Of a stretch of DNA of 64,000 bases, positions 27,901 through 35,446 are shown piece after piece (position 1 is the stretch's first letter; each line of letters opens with the position of its first letter). Location of the stretch: assembly GCA_963588175.1 (NCBI GenBank), contig CAVAGP010000004.1:9339-73338 (forward strand). Reading direction: 5' to 3'. Below the pieces are notes generated by a model. That model was not told where the DNA came from. It ran no database searches and saw nothing but the letters and a program-made list of their open reading frames with translations. The stretch comes from Faecalibacillus sp. Its GTDB lineage: Bacteria > Bacillota_I > Bacilli_A > RFN20 > CAG-826. A program made the translations under genes and the position numbers.

Positions 27901-28022
27901 ATATTAATGTGGATCAAATTGCAAATGATTATGATGTAGACCAAATGATAACAAAAGTCAAAAAAGAGATTGCAAAAGATATGAAATATCGCAATGTAAC
28001 TCAAGTTAGTCGTTTACGGTAA
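21984..28022 (+). CDS. tail tape measure protein, exon 3
   Basis: The join ...DVVQQRY|IATQIAGSRQQSRFIALMGDYDR continues the TMP core. The exon is 2012 aa and contains 22-aa tandem repeats, a hydrophobic segment (LGTLGAIAGVVAGIAIAVGVCVHLW), long acidic coiled-coil tracts and a poly-Ser tract. The spliced total is about 2654 aa. Confidence 0.85.
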   Translation: MATQIAGSRQQSRFIALMGDYDRLLELEADAMNANGAADDQYAKTLDSLETKLNKLKNAYNEFIMGLANNKAIKLVITGLTGILNLVNKITTLFGLVDSSNIISFLLKAGALIASLVGASKGLNKLFSIKKAETFSKAISAALSGKDVRSEMKERISLVESLNQAADKLNQKTEKLTEIKKKGLKEYKKEQKAAQAAAQQVAEDGTEKTTELSGARQAAETRQASAEALKNTEIEGAKEAAAIRMQGAKAEGEQEKSDAGEEAAIESTSAKAEGLQEKEDAIDESAIELAGAKAEGLQEKEDAAEEAAIENAGTAVEGLQEKAGGLTGAFKNLGKSASGMAEALGVSLGTLGAIAGVVAGIAIAVGVCVHLWNTFNADAKLDQATEATERAKTAADNAADAYDNLLSARDEYDDIVSSLDSLTEGTEEWEQKILEANTQIIELLNNYKQLYRYMSVGDNGLISVDEEGWETVIEDQKDLVEKTQAAYLIARGRESAATNDTLTAARKTNSTDNQQKWEDSINDIFHNEGWVGAVGSREIYRFSQAAEDAIRQGTDFDIEDWAEKNVSEFSYISDRGQKEVIAQFAQLQGELKSNFISETNSIQSAILASIDQDVSNSGYANAISSSLVNSAEYEEMYQDAYDEYHNHTRETLLGMYKEKTGLQTDQEVADLLGIDVDKLGDVTRKEWRDYLAQLDLASDLTDKVNEVYDSVTGSDSEKVIEAIKDKTNLTDEALLERIQSVDSNITSLEDVSLEYWEQLWGDLGFDQTVLDEMTSESDLFLKSMDQESARLTKNEIEAVDKYTDEQIEALSEAYDISIEEVKSRLEKQQNLSTNSFKKANETASNTTSYIAANFEADTGNMSAEAAKQLADDCDTIMDQMGEDAADAFYKEVIETSNQIAEQFGANSEQYEQFLSTLTTLDVSNSQEQLKTLQTGFQNVFNQVAEGFSFEDIQDTDEYTALLSVLKNFPATYSDASNAAEEFKNILSSGDFGVAEQLNYITQFQDQLSNDVIGNSLDDAVVAARALNSELPFDFLGDVRLEEITDQLVSDVDTIVSRAEMLQEAFDGINDDLTIDASDVERLTELFPELVAQAQVLEDGTLQLNESMIDSTLEAYGIELDADAETKDAQIENQITLLEAEQDALQNGLDAFIESCSTEVDIDGAVKEAEAQLAEAEEGTEQDLDNQTTSNAGDNYQNLVADSYAAYAAMAANAADSSKSTISSLLAVIKTAFSMWRSIRTGEGGETYDASATFSGQTISSKAKEAVNKVNAARAASSNPKISELSAEQQAKINNIAGRYYEQMASKTKQIAELKSAQSKLRSSVDESRGTKDDSDSSSSGSDETDDVESFENELDKLYNLVADLEELERQRNELEQEYERIIDRENTTGAAVLKVREKELLNLKKQEAYQKAILAGREKEMETYLKQNSDLAQYATYNWDDMSVEIDYDKINALVESGDNETYERLEDYISELETIEGNIEDAQDSIDDIGDEIDDLFDEQKEAYIDLEDKIYDAIVQMRQDEIDAMSDLSNSIDDANDKLINSIQSSVDQLRQDRENEETEQDIADMEQRLAYLQMDTSGGNQQEILSLQEEIDDKRQDYTDSLIDQKINELEEQNDKASEERQAQIDLMQAQLDYDEKNGVFWTKAHKIMEEAYDEEGKLLETSELVELLQSTDGYKGLSETSKMEWMNELEDSAAKAWAWMESGTVISAVEKQTASLTSSLTSLGETLGAKIASVGYYISSSNSSSSSGSSSSSGSSSGSTATYGSTKVSSNSSGSSNSSGGNNSSKTTSSTSNYRYPTGWRKLPTKNLSGTGLTYDTGSTKIKDKTLAASGIMTNSFGSSSANLTYYRISSLTKTASKGGTRKVSATEKVKKSYATKDGVVYLKLSGGNSDTWVRQDSFYKKYKTGGVADFTGLAWLDGTKSKPEIVLNQSDSQNFLALKDVLADAVRGGFGSSSSASAETSQYAIDVDINVDQIANDYDVDQMITKVKKEIAKDMKYRNVTQVSRLR
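22725..22949 (+). repeat. 66-nt (22-aa) tandem repeat, ~3.4 copies, inside the tape measure gene
   Basis: Units start at 22725, 22791, 22857 and (partial) 22923. They read AKAEG(E/L)QEK(S/E)DA..E.AIE... Confidence 0.85.
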
Positions 28023-28105
28023 ATATTGAGACTTTGCTCGTTAATCTTACTTTATTGTAGGATTAACGGGCAATTTCTGTGTTCGGAGTAAAAGGAGGAA
28101 TGAAG

Positions 28106-28822
28106 ATGTCTGAAGCTACAGATAATTATAACTATAATATAACTTCTTTTTCCACTGACAATGTCAATACTTTTGTCAGCAATGAAAATTCCAACTGGAA
28201 AAAGATAGACACAGATTTGAATAATTTAGCAGTATCTGTTGATTCTAAAGTGGATTTAGCATCAGATACTATTTATACCGCAAAAGGCAAATTAACTCAT
28301 ACCGAGATGTTTCCTCCGGTAACAGTTGACGGCAATACCAATTCCGCCAACCGATGGCCGCAAGTAAACTACATTATTAAAGAAGAGAAAGTAGATGGCG
28401 CAGACGCTATTTCTGGTTTTCAGTATACGCTGTTTGCGAATGGCAAAATAGACGTTTGCATTAGAATGTATATACAACCACTGATTAAGAATGAGCGTGC
28501 AGATGGTGGCTGCTATAGCGGAGTATATACGGTTAATCTCCCTTTTGGAATAGAAAAAAATCAGCTGTACCACTCAAGTTTAACAGCTTATACTTACGAA
28601 GACTGGCGCGACCTTGAAGCAAAAATTATTTCTGCGCCCGTCACTTCAAGTAATTCCAAAATAGAGAAGGTTACTTTTGGATTCAAGTCAGATAAATTCT
28701 ATGACGGCGGCAAGAAGATCGTCCTTCATATGCATCTTATTGGTAAAGTGTCTGAAGCAACTAAACAAACTATTATGCAAAGCAAAGTATCTATTTCTAA
28801 TATTAAAGTAACCACATCCTAA
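28106..28822 (+). CDS. hypothetical protein between TMP and Dit
   Basis: The ORF-track frame is 28079-28822. ATG28106 lies 7 nt after AAAGGAGG. No motif was recognised. Confidence 0.5.
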   Translation: MSEATDNYNYNITSFSTDNVNTFVSNENSNWKKIDTDLNNLAVSVDSKVDLASDTIYTAKGKLTHTEMFPPVTVDGNTNSANRWPQVNYIIKEEKVDGADAISGFQYTLFANGKIDVCIRMYIQPLIKNERADGGCYSGVYTVNLPFGIEKNQLYHSSLTAYTYEDWRDLEAKIISAPVTSSNSKIEKVTFGFKSDKFYDGGKKIVLHMHLIGKVSEATKQTIMQSKVSISNIKVTTS

Positions 28823-28833
28823 GGAGGCGCATT

Positions 28834-29763
28834 ATGTATATTGGAAATTCTTGGGATTACGTCGGCTTTACCTTTGGAGATTTCAAATCGAAGGATAACA
28901 ACATCTATAGAGTGAGCAATGGCTCGCGATATAGTGAGACGGCTTATCCAACAATTGAAAATAAAATGGTTTCTAAGCCTGGCTCCGATGGAGAGTATTA
29001 CTTTGGTAGTTATTATAGGGAGAGAATTTTTTCAATTGATATTGCCTATGATAACGTAACTGAGCTTCAGAAAAGAACTATCATACAAGCCTTTTCCGAC
29101 CGCAAATTAAAGGAATTTAGTTGGGAAGAACTCCCATTTAAAGCCTATTATGCTAAAGTTAATTCGGCGCCGACCTTCACTTGGATATGTTTCGATCAAG
29201 GAACAACTCACCGCTTATACAAGGGGGAGGGGTCAATAGAACTGATTTGCTATACTCCCTTTGCGCATGAAACTGCAAAATATTTGAACGATTTCCCAGA
29301 AGAACAATATCCCAATGTTGGTGAATGGGGAGAGGCGGCAGGCCTGCTAAGTAAGAGGGGAACTTACGATGTTTGGACTGGCAACGAAGGAAATATCATG
29401 GCAAATCTTCATAACCCTGGAGACGAAGAAGCGGATTTTATTCTCCGAATAAAACCGACAACGGATGAAGTTACAGTTCGTTTAATGAATTACGAGACCT
29501 CTCAAGCTATTGACGATAAGATATTCCGATTGTCGAATTTAGAATTGGCTTCAGGAGATAGCGGCTTACAGATTGATACATCTAAAGCCCTTATCCAAGG
29601 TTTAGATGAGAAAGGTAATTTAACTTCTAATTTGTATGAGAAATATAAGACAGGCTCGCTCTTTCAAATTCCATTAGGCGATTACAAAATTGGAGTAGTT
29701 GGCGCAAGCCCATTCACTACCGCTTTTGATACTTCTATGATATATCATTATAAATATTATTAA
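28834..29763 (+). CDS. distal tail protein (Dit, siphovirus tail component)
   Basis: A 309-aa ORF with an RBS (AAGGAGG). Position between TMP and Tal fits, and the N-terminus (F.FG.F.S.D..I.....SRY...........PGSDGEYYFGS.Y.ER.FSI.IAYD) is typical of Dit proteins. Confidence 0.6.
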   Translation: MYIGNSWDYVGFTFGDFKSKDNNIYRVSNGSRYSETAYPTIENKMVSKPGSDGEYYFGSYYRERIFSIDIAYDNVTELQKRTIIQAFSDRKLKEFSWEELPFKAYYAKVNSAPTFTWICFDQGTTHRLYKGEGSIELICYTPFAHETAKYLNDFPEEQYPNVGEWGEAAGLLSKRGTYDVWTGNEGNIMANLHNPGDEEADFILRIKPTTDEVTVRLMNYETSQAIDDKIFRLSNLELASGDSGLQIDTSKALIQGLDEKGNLTSNLYEKYKTGSLFQIPLGDYKIGVVGASPFTTAFDTSMIYHYKYY

Positions 29764-29774
29764 GGGGGATTGGT

Positions 29775-32700
29775 ATGAGCAAAATTGAAAAAGTTCCATA
29801 TGAAATAAGCATATGGAATGATGTCCCCTATTACCAGAAAATTGGTTCAGACGGGGTTGCCGTAGACTTCAAAGAAACAAAGCTTGAAGATGTTTCTACT
29901 AAGACCTCCGTTAGCGATTCTACTATCCCAATAACTGACTCTACGACAGGTAAGGTCATCTCCAAAGACTTGGGCTACACAACCTTCGGTGAAATTCCTT
30001 TAAGTTTGATGGGGACGCCATCGGCGGAAAAAACAATCAAATTCTTTAAGGAAGAAAAAGTTGCTATTATTGGTTCTGACCAAATGACTTCTCCCATAAG
30101 AGCATTCGACCCTTGTCTAAAGAGAAACACGAATGGCTCTGTTACTCTGACTTTTGATATGTTCTATCAGTATTATGATGAAGAGTCGGGAAAATATCTT
30201 GATAACCCCTATACTGGAGTTGGCGCGACCGCAAACGATGTATTCTTAACTAATGAGCGAAAAGTAAAGTTACACTACAAAGATGAGTGGTATGATCTCT
30301 TGGTTAAAGAAATTGCAGAAGATTCCGAAAATCATATTGTTACTTATACTTGTGAGAGCTTGCCAATCAATGAACTATCGCGCGCGGGCTATAGTATTGA
30401 ATTAAGTACTGACCTAAACAACAGTATTGGTACTGTCACTGAACTTGCAGAAACTATTCTTGATGGCAGCGACTGGAAAGTAGACTATGATAATACTGAT
30501 ATTCTAGAACAAAGAGTAGAAGAACCTCTCTATACAATCATTACTAATGTTGCTTTTACCGCTGCGCGCATAGACAAAGAGAAATTAGAAGACGGCACTT
30601 ATACTAGCGTTTCAAAGACGATTCCAAAAGGGGCCACTATCTATGGTTTCTATTCTTCTGTGTCGTCTATTATTGCAGGAAGTTCATCTGAACTCCAGTT
30701 TATCTATAGCGAGAGAGAAACTCCCTACACTATCGATCGAGTAATTCAAGATGGGCAGAAATACTCGCAATATAACACTTATCAGTATACAATTGGCAAT
30801 ATTGGTTATGACGGTGGCACTCTCTTGATCACTGACTCGGCGGATGCTGTTGCCGACGCCGACGCAGAGAACGCCGATACTCTCAATGCGAATGACTTAT
30901 ATATTTCAAACGAATATCGAGGAGAGCGCGTTGTTCGGAATTCTACAACAATGTACGACCCTGTTCTTGGAAAAGTTGTCACTGTTTATCGAGACAATAA
31001 CACAGGCGAAATATATTATGGCTATACGGTTTCTCAATATGCAACGTCCGAGACTATTAAAAGCTTTATTACTAATGGCTCTGATTTTCCAAACGAAGAA
31101 GGATGGGAACCTTGCTCTTCAGACGCAACTGTTGAAGTTGTAAATTATAGCCCAAGCGGCAGCTATGCGTTTGATGATTTTCACTCCCTTTTGAGAATGA
31201 AGACCTTCTCCAAAAACGCTCTGATCTTGAATACTGGTATTGACGATAATGCCTCTGATATTAATGGTTTTGCAAAAGGAGAAGAATTTGTTTTTCGCAT
31301 CTCTCATGGACAGGCAAAAGTAAACAAGACAACTTATCGGCCAGATAAAGACGCAGACTTCTTAAGAGGCACCGACTGTAAGTTCTTTGTGCGCGACTAT
31401 AAAGTTGTCGATGACAAATATATTTTTGGCCAAACTTTCTTCTCTATGCCGTCCTCTGGGTTTGTAGAAGACCCAGGTAGCATATACACTGAAATCGCTT
31501 ATACGTTAATGGAAAGTTCGCGAACTTATTACGTTAAAACGGATAGCGGCGATTATGCAGTTTTTTCAGGTGCAATTTCTCCAAAAGAAACTTATTATCA
31601 GAGAACTAGACTGATTCCTTATAAATCCGTTCGATCTGAGTGTAAAATGTCAATTACTTATTCGGAGATGTTGAGTGGCTTAAGAAACACTGCTAAATGG
31701 AGTTCGTGCTCCGCAAAAGATACATATCTCGGCTATGGTACTTCGGGATGGCATATCGGCTTATTTATAAAATTTGAACATGATCCTCAGCCGGGCGATT
31801 TGATTTATGAATTTCTCGAAGATATTCAATTCTTCCGTTATGTGCCGGACGGCAATGACGCCATGCTTTTGCCAGGGATTGCACCAACGGTAACGGATTC
31901 TAAATCCTATTGCTATTATCAATTAACAGGAGACGAAGAGGATGCCGATGATGTTGTTGTTGAAACTCTTGCTTCTCCAAAGACAAATTTAACACCCTGC
32001 ACGAGAACTACTCTTCGAGGAGAGTATGAGAAGACAAAAACGTTAGAGGGCGAAAAATCCAATCGTTACAATCTCATTCAGTCTCTTTGTGAGACATTTG
32101 AATGCTGGGCTGAATTTAAGATTGGGCGGAATGAAGAAACTGGTGAAATATTGCTAGTTTCTGACTACGATAAAGATGGCAATTTTGTTGGTTATAGACA
32201 AGACAAAAAAATCGCCTTTAAAGAATACATTGGAAAAGACAATGATGCCGGCTTTAAATATGGAATAAACTTAGTTAGTATAAAAAGAGAGACCGACTCT
32301 TCCGAAATCGTAACTAAGATGATAGTCGCACAGAACTCTAATGAATATGCCGATGGAGGGATGTGCACTATTCAGGCCGCAGACAGTAATCCAAGTGGCG
32401 AGTCTTATATTCTTAACTTTGACTATTATATTAATCAAGGGATGCTTCAATATAGTGAAGTTATGAATGATTTATATGGCAGTCTAGGAAGTGCAACTTT
32501 CGAATTAAATTATGGAGACACTGATGTAAATGATACTGTTGGTTGGTTGGCGTTCTATACTAGGCTAAAATCCTACAATCAAAGCTATCAAGATGCCTCT
32601 AGTCAACAAACTCAAATATTAACTGCAAAAACACAAATCGAATCACAGTATACTATTTATGATTCTGGCAAGCAAGCGGCACTAGAAGGCATTTCAGATG

Positions 32701-35426
32701 CAATTGAGACTATGAGAATCGATACTTCGCTTGATGGTTCTCATCCTCTCTCGGACGTTTTGCAGGCTACAATAGACCGAAGCGATGATGATACAGTAGC
32801 TTTTGATGCTTACAATAAATATATCGCTTATAATCAGCAGTTAAATCAGTATAGTTTAAGATTGACGGCACTCGATAAAGAACTTACAACCATCAACGAA
32901 AAACTAACTGAATTAAAAGCAAAGAGAACTGCCATTCTTTTCGATAAAGCAGAGCTTGAATCTCGATTCTATAAAAAGTATAGTCGTTTTATTCAGGAGG
33001 GAACTTGGAGTTCTGAAGATTATATTGACCCCGAACTCTACTACTTGGATGCGGCCAACGTTATGGCAACTTCTGCTTTTCCAAAAGTAACTTATCAGTT
33101 AAGCGTTTTAGAAATTAGTCAACTAGATGGCTATGATATTTATTCTTATGATATTGGCGATAAGAGTTTTATCGAAGATACAGATTTCTTTGGTTATTAT
33201 ACTGCGGACGACGGCTTGCGCACTCCTTATCATGAAGAGGTCATAGTAAGTGAGACTACTGATTACTTAGACGAACCCGATAAGAATACTATTACCATTC
33301 AAAACTACAAGACTCAGTTCCAAGACCTATTTCAGAGAATTGCTGCGGCCACTCAGTCAATAACAGAATCAAAAGGCACGTATGATAGAGTGTCTAACCT
33401 GGTTAATGAAGATGGTACTCTAAAAATTGAAGTGCTACAAGAAACTGTCAACAATAATGCTTTAAATCTTTCTTTCGCAACAAATGAATCGGTGAAAGTT
33501 GGCGAGGACGGTATTACAACTGTAGACCTGAATAACCCAAACAAAATTCTTCGCATAAGTAGTGGCATTATTGCAATGTCTAGAGATGGTGGTTCCTCAT
33601 GGACTACTGGTATGACAGCAGATGGAATTAATGCTTCTCTTATTACTGCCGGCCACCTTGATGCATCTGCTGTTACAATCGGAAGCGGGAAATATCCCAC
33701 TTTCAAATGGGATCAGTATGGATTAAATGCCTATAAATTTAATGAGCGCGGCAATAGCATGTCGGTTGATTATGGGCAATTCGTTCGATATGATCAGTAT
33801 GGTATTTATGGAATATCAAATAGCTCTTTAAGTGACACGTGGCACGCAACGAGCCTACAGGATGTCAAAGATGCTGCGAATTTTGGTTTAGTTTGGGGTC
33901 AATTCTTTATGCGGTCGGACGACAACAAAGGATACACCTCTATTTCTTCGACCGACGAAATTCAGGTTTTTGCAGTCGGTAACTATCAACCAATTACTCT
34001 TGAAAGAGATTCACTCGGCAACGTAATTAAAGAAGCTACAGATATCTACTATTATGAAGAAGACGGCAAGTATTATGTTTCAGATGATTGTCCCGAATAT
34101 CGATATCACTTGGCGGCTGCTCGCGCAGATGAAACCGGAATTGTAGAAAATTTCCAAAACGGAATTACATATTATGTCTATAATGACGAAGGCTATGAAA
34201 TTACATCTGATGAGGTCCCTCTTTACGGTAAGACTTACTATACCAAACAAGTCACCAAAAATGAAGAGGGAGAAGAACTCGAATACACCTATGTGGTATT
34301 CACAGATAGCGCTTTTGAAGAGGGCGTAACCTACTATGAACGAGTATGGTATATTCCCACTACAGATACCGAACCTCAAGTCGGTACAGTCTATTATACT
34401 TATGACAAAGTTCAATATTATACTGGAGAGTATCAAGAGCGCATCAAGATTGGCCTCTTAGATAACGAAGATCTTTACGGTATTCGGCTGCGGAACGGAA
34501 GTGGAGAAGATACCCTTGTTTCGGGTTCTGACGGCAACATCTGGTTAAAGAATGTTCTGACAGTTGGAGATGGCGCAACTTCTACTGTAAAAATTGGCTA
34601 CAATACTAGCGATGCCGATGAAGACGTTCATCTCAACGACAATTTTGATGAAGGTCGCGCGCACGAAGTAATTCATGCAGGGCAAGACGGGACCAAAAAT
34701 GAATTTGTCGTTTATGAGGATGGATATATGTCTGCCGCCGGCGCAAAAGTCCAAGGCGGAATCTATGCAGATTATGGCAGGATCGGCAATGTCACCATCG
34801 AAGACGTATCTCAAGTTTGCCAAGACATGACTCGTATTGATATCGAATCTATTACAAGCAACTATCAATTCAAAACTACAGAAGAAGGAAGTGGTCCTGA
34901 ATCCATTACCTTTAGGGTGGTTCCGCAAGGTTTTGACATTGATGATGCGACTTCTATTGTATGGTATGAGAGTACAGATTTTGAAGTTTGGGAACAGCTC
35001 GCGGCCGGAGCAATGGAATATGAATTAACATATGACCATTTCTCTGCGAAAATGAGCGGAGTGACTTCTGAAAATTACTACTTAAAAGTGAAGTATACAA
35101 GAGTTGTGAATGAAAAGAGCACAGATATGATTGATACCTGTGTCGTTAATGAAATTCGAGACGGTACTTCTCCATATCTAGTGCAAATTACCAGTTCCAC
35201 TGGCAACCTCTATATCAATGGAGATATTTCGGCTTATTTGACTGCTCATGTATATAAAGGAAATGAAGAAATAACTACGACACTTTCTGCTGATAAATTT
35301 GTTTGGTCTAAATATAATAAAGACGGCAACAAAGATGAAGATTTCGTAGGCGTTGGAAATCCTCTCGTTATCAACGGAGATGACGTATTTAAGAAAGCAA
35401 TGTTTAATTGCGAGATTACGATATAG
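29775..35426 (+). CDS. tail-associated/baseplate hub protein (Tal-like 'phage minor structural protein' N-terminus) with a long C-terminal extension
   Basis: A 1883-aa ORF. The N-terminal ~350 aa (LHYKDEWYDLLVKEIAEDSENHIVTYTCESLPINELSRAGYSIELS...TELAETILDGSDWKV) matches the Tal/antireceptor N-terminal pattern as I recall it. A central coiled coil and a beta-rich C-terminus follow. Confidence 0.6.
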   Translation: MSKIEKVPYEISIWNDVPYYQKIGSDGVAVDFKETKLEDVSTKTSVSDSTIPITDSTTGKVISKDLGYTTFGEIPLSLMGTPSAEKTIKFFKEEKVAIIGSDQMTSPIRAFDPCLKRNTNGSVTLTFDMFYQYYDEESGKYLDNPYTGVGATANDVFLTNERKVKLHYKDEWYDLLVKEIAEDSENHIVTYTCESLPINELSRAGYSIELSTDLNNSIGTVTELAETILDGSDWKVDYDNTDILEQRVEEPLYTIITNVAFTAARIDKEKLEDGTYTSVSKTIPKGATIYGFYSSVSSIIAGSSSELQFIYSERETPYTIDRVIQDGQKYSQYNTYQYTIGNIGYDGGTLLITDSADAVADADAENADTLNANDLYISNEYRGERVVRNSTTMYDPVLGKVVTVYRDNNTGEIYYGYTVSQYATSETIKSFITNGSDFPNEEGWEPCSSDATVEVVNYSPSGSYAFDDFHSLLRMKTFSKNALILNTGIDDNASDINGFAKGEEFVFRISHGQAKVNKTTYRPDKDADFLRGTDCKFFVRDYKVVDDKYIFGQTFFSMPSSGFVEDPGSIYTEIAYTLMESSRTYYVKTDSGDYAVFSGAISPKETYYQRTRLIPYKSVRSECKMSITYSEMLSGLRNTAKWSSCSAKDTYLGYGTSGWHIGLFIKFEHDPQPGDLIYEFLEDIQFFRYVPDGNDAMLLPGIAPTVTDSKSYCYYQLTGDEEDADDVVVETLASPKTNLTPCTRTTLRGEYEKTKTLEGEKSNRYNLIQSLCETFECWAEFKIGRNEETGEILLVSDYDKDGNFVGYRQDKKIAFKEYIGKDNDAGFKYGINLVSIKRETDSSEIVTKMIVAQNSNEYADGGMCTIQAADSNPSGESYILNFDYYINQGMLQYSEVMNDLYGSLGSATFELNYGDTDVNDTVGWLAFYTRLKSYNQSYQDASSQQTQILTAKTQIESQYTIYDSGKQAALEGISDAIETMRIDTSLDGSHPLSDVLQATIDRSDDDTVAFDAYNKYIAYNQQLNQYSLRLTALDKELTTINEKLTELKAKRTAILFDKAELESRFYKKYSRFIQEGTWSSEDYIDPELYYLDAANVMATSAFPKVTYQLSVLEISQLDGYDIYSYDIGDKSFIEDTDFFGYYTADDGLRTPYHEEVIVSETTDYLDEPDKNTITIQNYKTQFQDLFQRIAAATQSITESKGTYDRVSNLVNEDGTLKIEVLQETVNNNALNLSFATNESVKVGEDGITTVDLNNPNKILRISSGIIAMSRDGGSSWTTGMTADGINASLITAGHLDASAVTIGSGKYPTFKWDQYGLNAYKFNERGNSMSVDYGQFVRYDQYGIYGISNSSLSDTWHATSLQDVKDAANFGLVWGQFFMRSDDNKGYTSISSTDEIQVFAVGNYQPITLERDSLGNVIKEATDIYYYEEDGKYYVSDDCPEYRYHLAAARADETGIVENFQNGITYYVYNDEGYEITSDEVPLYGKTYYTKQVTKNEEGEELEYTYVVFTDSAFEEGVTYYERVWYIPTTDTEPQVGTVYYTYDKVQYYTGEYQERIKIGLLDNEDLYGIRLRNGSGEDTLVSGSDGNIWLKNVLTVGDGATSTVKIGYNTSDADEDVHLNDNFDEGRAHEVIHAGQDGTKNEFVVYEDGYMSAAGAKVQGGIYADYGRIGNVTIEDVSQVCQDMTRIDIESITSNYQFKTTEEGSGPESITFRVVPQGFDIDDATSIVWYESTDFEVWEQLAAGAMEYELTYDHFSAKMSGVTSENYYLKVKYTRVVNEKSTDMIDTCVVNEIRDGTSPYLVQITSSTGNLYINGDISAYLTAHVYKGNEEITTTLSADKFVWSKYNKDGNKDEDFVGVGNPLVINGDDVFKKAMFNCEITI

Positions 35427-35446
35427 GAGAGAAAAGGAGGAAATAA

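Noticed and set aside
28023-28105. The hairpin CGTTAATC...GATTAACG after the tape measure stop, considered as a terminator.
   Set aside because: It has a 14-nt loop and no downstream U-tract. It may be an RNA stability or processing element, but support for an intrinsic terminator is insufficient.
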